DNA of 64,000 nucleotides from Raja brachyura (taxonomy: Eukaryota): assembly GCA_963514005.1 (NCBI GenBank), contig OY740812.1:19344001-19408000 (forward strand), written 5' to 3'. Every line of letters starts with the position of its first letter. Position 1 is the stretch's first letter. Shown here one piece after another: positions 45,677 through 59,000 of this stretch. The notes under the pieces were generated by a model. It did no database searches. It had not been told where the DNA came from and was given only the letters and a program-made list of their open reading frames with translations. The translations under genes were made by a program, and so were the position numbers.

Positions 45677-46822
45677 TCAGAATATATACCACTGCATATA
45701 CAATTAGATATTTATTTTTGTTCTTATTTTTCTACTTCACGTTGTGTTAATAGCCAACTTCATAGTCTATGGACCTAGTGCTGGTAAAAGAGACTAGTAC
45801 AGATTAGTACGAATTGGCATGAGCAGTGGCTGAAAGGCATATTCCGTTTTGTATCGACTCTGTGAGTCGATAACACCCAGGCTTATGCCCCATTTCCAAG
45901 ACATGGACCATAGGCACCAGCTAGACCCTTTCAATATCAAACACAAAATATTGGAAATGCTGTAAATATGAACTTTAAAAAATTGAGACTCAAGAAAATG
46001 CAGATGCTGGAACCTTGAGCAAAACTTTAAATGTTCCAATTTTAGTTTACTAACCTATAAACAACCTTTTTTTGTGCCCATTTGGACTCACACTCATTTC
46101 TCCCCCCATTCCTTTCTCAAGCTTCTTAATATTCACCAATATTCCTTCCTGTAGTTTCTCAATCTTACTTCTTCTATGCATATCGCACACCTTTTGTCTT
46201 TTCATCTCTGGGCTTTGTTCAGTTATTTGGCCACAAACCTCCCTCCCTCCCACCTCTCACCTGTATGCACCTATACTTGCCAGACTTTGTCCTGCCCTTC
46301 CAGCTTTCTCCCCAATGCCTCACCACCCCACCACAATATGTCTGAACTGAAGGGTCCCAACCACAAGCCTCACCTATCCATGTTCTCCAGAGATGCCGCC
46401 GGACCCGCTGAGTTACTCCAGCACTTTGTGCCTTTTATTTTTGAAAACAAGCACCTGCAGTTCCTTGTATCTCATCTCATTTGAATACTTTGCCAATAAA
46501 CTTACTTACTTACTTATCTCACCTTCAACATGTCTACAGGTTTCACTGGTGAAAACATATTGAGATATTTCACCGAATTATCTCACTCGTCCAAGAAGCG
46601 AGATCAACAGCGACTTTAGCGTCGAGAGGTTGAAATTTCAAGTGGTTTATGATTTTGCCTTGCCTGTAATCGCAGTATGAAAGGCGAAGTTTGTCACAGT
46701 TGGTTTACTGTCCGACGAGGCTGGGGAAGCGAATGCAAGGGTTTGAGGCATTGAGCCATCCGGTGGCTCACGGAGAGGAGGGTTCTCCGCTGCCGGGACA
46801 CACACACACGGGACAGCGAGCG

Positions 46823-47040
46823 ATGGAGCACATCTACACGCACGGTATCCAAGTGGCTGAGCGTTTGCAGCAAACTCTCGGCGGCTTTGAGAAGAGTTTG
46901 CTCTTCATGAGTTGGATCGGTGATCCGAGAGCATCTTTTTTTATTTATTTCCCTGCAACGTACTTTCTCAACAGAAAGATCGGGATCTCAGTCTTGTGGA
47001 TCACTGTACTTACTGAATGGTTAAACTTAGTATTTAAATC
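46823..47040 (+). CDS. G6PC3: G6PC3 coding exon 1
   Basis: gcgATGG; [16 protein letters not shown]...IGDPR...EWLNLVFK; donor TC|GTAAGT. Confidence 0.94.
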
Positions 47041-50000
47041 GTAAGTTGCTCTTTTCTTAGGGGGGGGGGGGGAAGGGGCGAAGGGGGGGGAGGGAGAGTG
47101 TCTCATTTTATTTCTCCCTTCCAATCCAACCTGGACCTCTACTGTTTTCCGCATTCAGGCAAGATGGTGATTGAATCGTTAAAAAAAAGAAGATACAGTG
47201 AACTGCAGATGCTGGTTTACAAAATTGCATTATTAATCTGCCCTTTTGTGCTGCAACTTTGCTTTGCACTTATTTATTCCAAAGTAATGGCTTCAAATAT
47301 GTTGCGATGGACAGTTTTTAGTGCTGCGGCAATTTGCTGCAGTTCTGCAAGTGCTTATGGCCAGGTGACATAAGTCTAAAGAAGTATCTCAACCCAAAAC
47401 GTCACCCAATCCTTCTCTCCAGAGATACTGCCAATCCCGCTGAGTTACGCCAACATTTTGTGTCTATCTTCGGTTTAAACCAGCATCTGCAGTTCCTTCT
47501 TAGACATAAGTCGGTGCCTTGTTTGTTCATCGTTGCCTGGTTTAGGCGAATGTTAAAGATTAAATCAAATGTTGAGTAGAAAGCTCTTCTTCCACACAGC
47601 TTTGATGCTTTTGGGAAATGGCTGCCATGTTGGCCTCCATAAATAACTATTATTTATGTTTATTGAAGTTATATTTCAAAAAATAAACACGTATAATCAA
47701 ATATGTTTGTTGTAGTTGAGATAACTAACCTAAGAGTCAAGGTTGAAAGGGGAAAAAATCAAGTTCAAGTAAGAAGTTCTTTAAATTGTTAAGTTAAAGT
47801 AAAAAATAACCATTGTTTGTAATTATAATTCCTCTTGTGAAAATATTTGCTACTGTAGTTAATGCTTTGTGTAAATAAATGACCAAAGGGTTGTTGGTGG
47901 GTACATGGGAGGAACAGTTATAAAGGTTGCAGGAAAATAAGGAGTGGAAATGGAACTGAGGATAGTTTTGACAGAAGTTGGCATGAACATGATGGCCTGA
48001 ATGGCCTCCTGCGTCTTAAATAATTTTTCTCATTATAGAATGTTGTGAGGATATGGAATAGACAGGCAACATTAGATGCTGAACATCTGAAATGCTACAA
48101 ATATACAGCATTTAATGTTGCCTGAATATTTGTTCCAACATTAATTTAGAAGATCAATGAAATAAAAGCTTGAGAAACGCCCTTATTGCTATTCCCCAAT
48201 GGAACAGTCTGAGGACCTCGTCTGAAGAATAGTTCCGATCCGAAATGTTGTCTGTCCATATCGTCCACAGATGCAGACTGATCCGCTGAGTTTCTTGTGT
48301 ATTGCCCAGGATTCCGGCATTTTGTGTCAACTATCTTTTTTAAAACTGTGTAGGAATGAACTGCAGATGCACATTTATTTAATATTAAAAGTATTCCTCC
48401 AAAGATGTGAGTGGCACCTACCATTTCAATACAATGACACTATATAGTTCAAAATAGACAGATTTGCTGGCTAATCTCAGAAGAATAGCCCAGGATGTAG
48501 TGCTGGCCATTGAATTTAGTTGGATTCAACAATGCTTCTCTCGCGAGAGACCAAATATTGGCAAGGCCATCTGGCATATACTTACAATCTTGCCCACGAT
48601 ATATCACTTAACAGTAAAGCAGGAACATCTTATCCCCAATTAAGTCCGTTAAATATTTCAAACCATTTTCTTTTTTTCTGAATACATCAAAATATAGAGA
48701 ATTCACAACTCTCTCTGCAGGTAGAAAACTGCAAAGATTTCCAATAGTCTGAGGAAAGAAAATTATTTTTTTGTGTTCCTGAAAGCTGGCCAAAATAAAC
48801 TGTCTGACAAAGTGAAATTTAACCTTTGATCGATTGGAAATCAATTTTTCAGCTCAATCAACTTTCTTACTTTCTTAATAGGCTTCTGTTTGGTGAGCGT
48901 CCGTTCTGGTGGATTCATGAGTCGGGGGTCTATGATGAGCACCAGATGCCCAAGTTAAAGCAATTTTTCTGCTCCTGTGAAACGGGCCCAGGTTTGTCCC
49001 AGCAAAGTGCAATGTGACTGGTTAGCTGTTTATTTTATGTCACTTCAGTGACAGATTTCACATTTATTCAGTGGAATTAAGTTTCAAATTTCTTTAATAA
49101 AATATTTGTTCCCATAAATGTCTCCGTACAATTTTATCTCCTGTAAGGGATGGTTTTAAATGTCACATATTGACATGATTCTCCTTCCCAAGAGGAAATG
49201 GTTGCAGTAAATTCCTCAGTTTAAAAACTCATATTGTTGAATTATTGAATTCTGAACAGACTTGAATTTAATGGTTAAATTTTTTTTATTAATTAGCAAC
49301 TTAGAATTGAAAATTTGCCAATCTTCTTACGTAGTGGTCAGTTTTAATTATTGCAGTTGCTCACCGTTCAGTTGGATGCTATTCCTGGTAACTGTCCCTC
49401 AGTTAGAAAAAAACATTGCAAATCAGCACATGGTTTGCACTTCAAAGGTATTTATTTGTCCATCCAATAGAAAGGAACTGCGACATAGAAGATAAATGGG
49501 ATACTCAGGAGAAAAAGGTTATAAAGGTTTGTGTCAGAACCAAGTGTAAGGTTATCTTTATAGCAAACACCTATTCATTCACTTTTAAATTAGCATTTCA
49601 CCATAATTGAGTTGAAGCCTGATGCCACCCCATCGGACTCAAATTTGCTCAGTTTGGTTACAAGAATGACAGCTGATTTTATTTTACCCACTTCTACCCT
49701 CTCTCCAAGTCTCCTTTTCCATAAACCCACTGGAAGCTACAATTGCCAAATACTTCCCTGTGCTGACATCGTGGATTCTGCCAGCCGATCAGTTATCGCT
49801 ACTTCTATTTTCCTTTGTTGTGAATAAGATCCCTGTCACCCCTGAGCTAATTGTAGATGATTAAATAGATAGGGAGAGGGCTGATGACATGTCTTCCACT
49901 AATGGAACTTCCTTCCTTATGCTTTCCATTGGTTCCCTCACCCATGTTGCTGCGGCGTCAACGTGGCTTTTCATCAATCAATATTTTCCCCTACATTTTT

Positions 50001-53000
50001 GGCATGTTTCCTTCTTTGCTTATCTAATCTTGTTCCACCCCTCTCTGCTGTTACATAATATTCTTACCCTCTACCACATACTTAACTACCGTGTTATGTT
50101 TCTCTCACTGCTTCTCTCTCTGTTTTTGTGCCAATTCATTTTATTCTCAGTTTCACCTTTAATCTCCATACGATCTCTTCTCAGTTTGCTGCCCATCCTA
50201 CTTCCTATGACTTTTCCTTGCTCCATTTAGATTTCCCCTTTACCATTTCACGTGGCCTCACTAGTTTAGTTTAGAGATACAGCATGGAAACAGGCCCACC
50301 GAGTCACCGCCGGACAGCGATCACCTGTAGACTAGTTCTATCCTATGTACAAAGTGAACATTTTTACAGAAGCCAATTAAATTACAAACCTTGACATGTT
50401 TGGAATGTGAAGCACCTGGAGAAAACCTACGCGGTCACAGTAAGAACATACAAACTCCATACAGACAGCACCTGTAGTCAGGATTGAACCTGGGTCTCTG
50501 GCGCTGTATGACAGCAACTCTACCCCAGCGCCACTGTGCCACCACTAATGTGCTAATCACAGAAATAGTGATCTCAGATTTCCTCTGTGCACCAATCCCC
50601 ATCCACACCCCCTCTTCACTTCCTAATCTTCCTTCAGAAAAAACACTCCTGCAGGTTTGCTGAGAATAATGTTTCGAACACCCAACATTTTAACCTTGTT
50701 CAGCATTCTTCACAACATTTCTGCAAGGACTGATCTGTTCACTTCCATCTTTAATCCCCTTATCCCCGTAATAAAAAAAACAAAGTATTTCACCCTAGTT
50801 GTCGCATCTTTATTGAAAGTTCGAAGACTGAAGATCCAAACATCTTTGGTACGCAGTTAGTTTAATCATCCAATATCTAATCTAAATGGACAACTTAATC
50901 TGTTTTTGTATCCTAATCTACTCAATAGTTACCATTTACTATTCCAAGAGCATCCCACAATAAAAAAGATAACCCTTTGCTATCTTCTTCATCTCAAACC
51001 CCATCACTTCCTCAACTCCAAATCATGTCTTGCCACGATTGTGAACTCACATTTCTCCATCCTATGTTTCAACATGGACTTTCCAAATTTATCTTGTCCA
51101 TTAGGTACATCTTTTTGTTCCCTCAACTTTATTCCCACCAAACTGCTCAGAATGTAACTTCCCTTCCTGGCTTGTAACCCACCTTACCTTGGTTCTCCCA
51201 TTTTCTGGATTCTAACCCTCACTTTGCAAATATGCCATCTTCTTCCTCAAAACCACATCCTTACAAACAGTTATACCATCTCTTACTGTCCCTTTACCTC
51301 CTAGACCCTTGTCAAATGCGTCCCACCTTCCCCGCAGTTACCTTTTTGAATTCGATGATTCTCTACCAAAGCAATGAAATGGATAATCAGATTCACAGAT
51401 GACATCTCATGGAACTTAATGGAAGCATCTCCTTGAATAATTTGTCTTTCATGGAACTATGACTGTATAGGACATCCCTTATTTCTTCCATGTTAACCTA
51501 TCCACAGTCTTTCATGCAGTTAATAAAAAAACACAGGAGCAGCGTTAAGCCAACTGGCCCATCAAGTCTGCCCCACCATTCGATCATGGCTGATCTATTT
51601 TTCCCTCTCATCCTATTCTCCTGCCTTCTTTTACTCTTACTAATCAAGAACCTACCAATCTCTGCTTTAGAAATACCCAAGGGCGGCCTCCATAGACATC
51701 TGTGGCAATGAATTCCACAGATTCACCATCCTCTGGCTAAAGAAAATCTTCCTTACGTCCATTTTAAAGGCACATTCTGTGGCTCTACCCTCTGGTCCTG
51801 GACTCGCCCACCACTGGAAGCATCCTCTCCACATTCACTCTGTCTAGGCCTTTCATTATTCGGTAGGTTTCAATGAAATCCCCTATCCTCCTTCCAAACC
51901 CAGCTGCCCCATCTTCCTCAATGCCCTTTCCTATTCTGTAGCAATCCTCTACCTTCCTCCATCTAATCTCTCCAAGAAACTTCTGTCATAATTTATTTTC
52001 CCTGCACCATTACATTTGTAATTCAGCAAGGATCTATCCTTGGCACTCGTGTAATTCACGTCCACATGTTAGTCGTCAATAACATCATTTGAAGCATGTC
52101 GGGTCCCAGATGTAAAATCCTGGAACCCACTTCCACCTCACTATCATCTCTCATGATCTTCCATCTGTTTCCAATTTATTACATTGCTTTTCCAATATCC
52201 AACCACAGATACGTAGACATTTTCGTCATCCAAGCAACCTGAAATGTCGTCTGTCCATTCTCTCCACAGATGCTGCCTGTTACACTGAGTTCCTCCAGAA
52301 CTTTGTTTTTTTCTTTTACTAAATTACACACACAGAAAGGTAGAATGAACAAGCATGTATAAAATCATGAAAGGAATAGATCTGGTAGATACACAGAGTC
52401 TCTTCACCAGAGTAGATGAATCGAGGACCAGAGGACATCGGTTTAATGTGAAGGGGAAAATAATTAATAGGAATCCGAGGGGTAACTCTTTCACACAAAG
52501 GTCTATAGGTAGTGGGTGTATAGAACACGCTTCCAGAGGAGTAGTTGAGACTGGGACCATCCCAACGTTTGCAGTAAGACAGGTACATGAATAGGATAGG
52601 TTTGGAGGGATATGGACCAAACGCAGGCAGGTGGGACTAGTGTAGCAGAGACATGTTGGCCGGTGTGGCCAAATTGAGCCAAAGGGCCTGTTTCCACACT
52701 ATCATTCTATGACCCTAACACACAGCTTTTATTACAATTCTCATGGAATGCATTCATTAGATTTCTTTTCACTTTGAATTAAAGTGAGTTATTCTCAGGG
52801 TGTGTGTTCAAAGCTGAAGTACCATTATGATTAATAATATACTGTCACATTTTTATGATTGGAACAGAGAACAATACAACCCAAGAACTGACCCTTTGGC
52901 CCATGATGTCTGTGCCGATCATGATTTCAATTTAAACTAATCACACCTTCCTGCACATGATCCTTATCCTTCTGCGCCTTGTCTGTTCATGTGCTTGTCT

Positions 53001-56000
53001 AAAGGCTCTTAAATGTTACTCTCATTATTCTATCTTTTATCTGTTACTAATGGCCTTGTCCCACTGTACGAGTTCATTCAAGAGTTCTCCCGAGTTTGCC
53101 CTGATTCAAACTTGGAGATTTACGGTAATGGCCGTTCATAGGTACTCGGGGCTCTCATGGACATTTTTCGACATGTTGAAAAATCTTCACGAGTCTTCCC
53201 GAGTTTACCGCGTTTCCTGAGTACCTGCCGTTAGCATTACGAGCCGTTAAGAGACGTCCCGAGCCGTGACGTACCCACTACGTGCATTCTACGTGCTTCC
53301 ACGAGTTTAATTTTTTTTTTAAACTCGGGAGAGCTCTTGAATTAGCTCATACAGTGGGACAGGGCCTTTAAACTCTCATCTTGTTTGTTTGTTTGTTAGT
53401 TTTTTTGTTTGTTCTGAAACTCTGCAAAAACGGTACACGATAGCGCAACAATTTTAGGCCCACCTTACTATTGTCATGTGATGTGCATTAAACAAGTTTC
53501 GTTCAGATTGATGTTATATTTTACAAGTTATTGACATTTTAAACTTTAATAAATGTCGCAGTCGCGCTCCCACTTGCGGGCCGCGTCTACGCAGTTGGGG
53601 GAGGGTTGCCGTGACTCGCGTCACAACTGTGATCACTGGCGTCACAACCAGAGCCCGTCAGCCGTGCCTGCGCAGTTGGGGGGCTATGGGTGAGTGGTGG
53701 AATATTGCGTTGGGGGATGGGGACCCGACGGATTCGCACTTGGTCTAGTAACAAATAAGACTGAGATAGTGTGAAGTACCTTTGCATGTATGATTTAGTT
53801 ACCGTACCTACTCCTACACCACTGGTTTAGCTCAGATTCAGCCTTTGAAATGAGTATTGCATCAGATTTTGTGCCTTGCAAAATAAAATATTACTGCAAT
53901 TGCAATGTTTTTTTCTGCTTCAGGCAGTCCTTCCGGCCATGCGATGATCACGGGTGCAGCATGGTGGCTTATAATGACCAGTCTTTCCACATGCATTTTC
54001 AATCGCACTAGAAGGTTTGTGCTACTCTAACTGTTTAAATATCAAAATGGTTAAGTAGTTTTAAAGCATTTAAACACATTGCATACCTCACCCTATCACT
54101 GACTGCTCTCTCCTCTTCTGAATGTGCTACATGTTGTCTGCGTATTGTTATAATGGGTGGATCCTGGTGACTTATCTCCTTTCAGTCTCATTACTTTCTC
54201 CGAGACAGGAGCTCCCTGGGTTATGAATGACCTGATTTATTTAAACCTGACTTTATGAAAATGTGCCCATAAATTTTTAAAGGATTTTTAAATAATAAAA
54301 TGTTTCATGGTATGAATTGACTGGATACAGTTATATTCTGTTAGATAGTAATATCAGGGTGAATATTCAAGGCAATGAACCAATTATAGCAAGTGTATGT
54401 TGAATAATACAGTATGGGTTACTATAGAATATGGACATATAGGACTTACAGAAGAATTGTCTTATGGACAGATCCCAGAATGGACCCCAGTGTAACCAGG
54501 GGATGGGCTGTACTAATCTTTAGTAAAGTCATTTTATTAACATTCATTTACTTTAGACTTGTGGTCTTCTCGCATCTCTGGAAGGAAAACAAATAAAAAC
54601 TGCAGATGCTGGTGTCTGGAGCAAAAGTGAAAATGCTGCAGGAAGTCAGCCAGGCAAACGGCATCTGTGGAAAGAGAAACCAGTCGATGTTTCAGTGACC
54701 TTCAGGACTGAGAGACGCTGACCCGAAATGTTGGCATGCTCTATCCTCAGATGCTTCTTGCCTGAGCTGAGATCTTCCAGCATTTCTATTTTTGTTACAA
54801 TTTCTGAGAGGTTTTCAGTGTCCTTTTTCCTGGAGATATTTGTATAATTTTCTTTATTATGTCCTTATTCTCCAATATAATTTATTTTGCTTCTATCAGC
54901 AACGAACTATGTTACATTTTGCTGCTCTTATCCTTTACATTGCCCTAATTTTCTACTTTTCCTCACTGTATCAATACCTTGGCACTCGTTTGCTGAATTC
55001 TGAAAAAATTACAAATATCAATTTAATTGCTTTTTTGGAAACATTACAAGCTTTTTGCTTTGATCTAACATTATCTTTAGCTAATCCTTGCAGCCATATT
55101 GGATCACTTTTCCTGTTTTGTTTTGTTTTTGCCTTATTTGCAAATTATGTATTAATTCTTTAAAAGTCAGCCTTTATTTTTTAATGTTGTGCCTTTTAAA
55201 GTTGACTCCCAATGTACTGTAGCCAATCTGTAGCTAACTTTGAGCTGTAATTGAATGTAATCATTTTCAAAACATTTAAAATTCAGTCATAATATGACCA
55301 CAATTTCCTATTGCCCCTTCACAACCATATAAACCTTTCCTCAATAATAATTTAAAGTAACCTGTTATATCCCATTCTTTAATAATAGGTTTACTCCATT
55401 TGCCATTTTGCCTGTCTATTCTGAAAGTACCTTGGAATATTGAACTGCCAACCTTGGCCACTTTGCAATCAGATCTCTGGAGGGACTGTTGGGTCATACA
55501 CTAATTTCTGTTTGTGCCTTCAGTGACAGGTTCAGAGGTTATAGGGAGAAGGCAGGAGAATGGAAGGAGAGATAGGTCAGCCATGATTGAATGGCGGAGT
55601 AGACTTGAAGGGCCGAATGGCCTAATTCTACTATTCCTTATGACCTTATGACTTTGATACACGCAGTCTGGTAAAGTGCCTTCATTTTTGACTTTTTACC
55701 GCTCTCCCCTGCCCTCACACTGTTGGAAGAATACTATTGAGTTGATGTGCACTATTACTCTTTTTATTTCCCAATTTACTGCCTGCACTATAGCTCGGTC
55801 CTTTCCCTCTAACTTTCTAACCCACCCACCATCTAGTTTAAAGGCATATTTACAACCGCAATTGTTCGATTCACCGGGAATTAGTCTTGGCCCAATTCAA
55901 GTTAGGTCCATTCCAGTGGAACAGCTCGTTCTTTCCCTATTTCCATCCCCTATGTATTGAAACCCATTTTTCCTGCATTAAACATTGATCCACACACTCG

Positions 56001-59000
56001 TTGCTGATCCTTTTTACCTTTTGCCAATCTTCTCGTGGTTCAGGAAAATGATTACCATTTTAGGTCATCTTGTTAATTTAGATCCATATTGTAGGTATGT
56101 TACAAAACTTACCTTGAGCAGCGCTGCAGTTCTGCCGCTCTCTGTGTGCGCGACTTTGGCGTCTTTCAGAGGGGGGCGGGCTTAAAGTGCCCTTTTTCCA
56201 CAGGCAGGGAAAATCGATCCATGTCGGGCGATTTCGTTGTGGAAGAAAAATCGCTCCGACATTTCTTGAATGAAGGTATATTTAAATTACTCTAAATTAT
56301 TTATTAACTAGAGTAATTTAAAAATCTCCTTCAAAAGCCGTGAGCACTGACAACCGGAAGGATTTTGCGTAGGGGAGAAAAAAAGGTAGTTTATTTTTAT
56401 ATTAAAAGTTGGTTTTTCGGGAAGCTTTAATAATATTTTCATGTTGCGAAATGGGGTCCAAAAAAATGTATGAACAAACAGTATTTTTCCTCCCGACTTC
56501 ACCGCTAACCACAACGTTCTAATCCACCGCATTCCACTAAAACCCACTCGCTAGTTGATTTAAATGGCCATTAATTTACAGGCATAAAACACTAAATTCC
56601 TTCCATTTGGCCCAGAAATTCATGAAAATTAGATTTAAAAATTATGTTATATTGTGTATTATTGTGTGAATGTTATTTGGACACTTAGGCAATTTTAAAA
56701 AAGTTTATATTTTCTTAAGAAATGGATAGATGTTTAGATCTACTCATTGAATTTTGTAATTAGCTACAATTAGATAACTAACTAATTATATGCTTTAATT
56801 TCAGGTCATCCAAGTAAGATTGTTTCATATTTGTTTCAGAATGCTTCAATCTATAATAACTGAAAATTTAATTCTCTTAATTTTTAAGAAAGTTATGGGC
56901 TTTTAACTGTTCCAGATCACAGCTTTTGAGTTAAGTCAATTGAAAGGCAATGGGGAACAAGATGCTAATTTCTGAGTATGAAAATGGCCATAACTTTCTT
57001 AATACTGAAGATATGAAAGTGAATTAGGTGTCAAATTAAACTTCTTTTTATGCTTTATCTGATGGGATAAATTGCAGACTTGATTTTTAAAATCTCAAAA
57101 TTTTGTAACATTGCTACATATTGCTCATATGCCGACAGATCCTGCCTTGCCCTATCTATTGTCATTGGTTAAATCAACAATGAAATCTTTCTCTGCCTAT
57201 GAATTTATCTCCATCCCTGAAGAGTCATCCTTAATGCTGACACAGTCGTTAGGACTCAGGCTTGCATCTGTAGAGAACATGTTTTTCTCTGCTAACTATA
57301 CTGTTCCTATAACAACTTCAACACTCCACTCCACCAACTTGAATGGTCCCATGCAATATTGTGCTGTGGCCAATTTACTGATTCATCTTGCCATGTCTAA
57401 TCTTATGCACACACACTGCAAAACCCCTTACCTATTAGACAAGTGCAAGGGCTGAGGCTCATACAATGTTATTTTCTAGATCGCCTTATTTCTTCACTCA
57501 AAGTCAAACTTCCTTGTGCCATGGGACTGACCATTTCTATAGCAGTAAATGTAAGCAGGGCAACTACTTCCTGGATCGTCCCTTTTCCCTGAGGCAGCAC
57601 TGAAACTCAGACTCTGGTTCATCAACTGTGAGCCAATGTCCCCTGTATATATGATGCACTTACTGAAGCTGCAGGTGTTATTACATGGATCTCTGATAAG
57701 GACTCTAAATGAACCATTGGCCCTTTGTGGGAGCCACTTTTAATTTTTCATTGTCAGTGAAGTCCTAAAGTTGACTCTTTAGTCCTCTGCTCTCAGCTAA
57801 TGTCCTCGGGTGACCCTTATTTTGGACTTGATTTTAACGCTGAATACCTAAGTGTGAGTGTCTCTCCCCAGCATCATATAATTCATCAACAGTAATATTT
57901 CTAAAAGTTTCAACCATTAAACTGCTAATAATAACATCATATTTATTCTACTTTAAGCTCGCTGGCAAAGAACATTCCTGTAGTATTGTACATCGTTCTG
58001 CTGCTGGGAATCGGCATCTCCAGAATATTTATTTTGGCACATTTTCCTCATCAAGTGGTTGCTGGAATAATTACAGGTGAGAGCATTAATTGCAAGGTGC
58101 ACGATGGACCAACGGGTGAATACAAGATTTTGTATCTGAAAAAGCTGATACTAATATTTGTCATTAATTTTGATTTGAAATTCCCTCCCCATCATTCTCA
58201 AAGTGCGCACCACGTATTCTTATGGTTGCAAACCAGCAAATATTAGGGAGCATACCTGAATCTTATACAGAAGGGTAATTAACTTCAGAATATCTACCAG
58301 TACCATTGCTAAACACAAAGATAGTCATATCATCAGTAGACACGCCCAGCTTGTAAATGTGATTTGCATCTCTCCTACTAAAGTAGTGACGCTCTGGTGC
58401 ATTTTTCATTGTATTTCACACAAAGGGTGGTGGCTGTGTGGAACGAGCGGCCAGAAGAGGTCGTTGAGGCAGGGACTATTGCAATGTTTAAGGAACAATT
58501 GGACAGGTACATGGATATGACAGGTTTGTAGGGATATAGGCCAAACACAGACAGGGGGGGACTAATGTAGATGAAACATGTTGATCAGTTGGGCCAAAGG
58601 GCCTGTTTCCACGATGTATGACTCTAAGTAGGAACTACAACATTGGGGACATGGATAGCACCATGGCACTCGGTTGCAGAGTTTTTTATTGATCTGGCGG
58701 AAAACTACAGACGGAGAGCGAGCGATCTCTTTTCCACAGTGTTCTTTTGGTTGTTCTCATGGCCATGGGCAGCAATCATGCAGCAATCATACAAGTTATT
58801 ACAGATAGGTAAAAAGGATGGAAAACCTTAAACCATATTATCTTAAAACATTTTACAGAGTGCAATATAAAGCTTAAGTCATACAGATAAGTTTTAGGTG
58901 GAAGTGGAAATATATATATTTTAATATAGTTATTATTTTTAAATATTTATATTTTGAGGTAGTTGCAATCTATATGAAAATGTTTAGCATTAAAAAAATT

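Noticed and set aside
49600-52200. Hydrophobic ORFs such as 49889..50230 (and 54792..55163)
   Set aside because: They arise from pyrimidine-rich or T-rich decayed LINE and intron sequence, with no splice or homology support.
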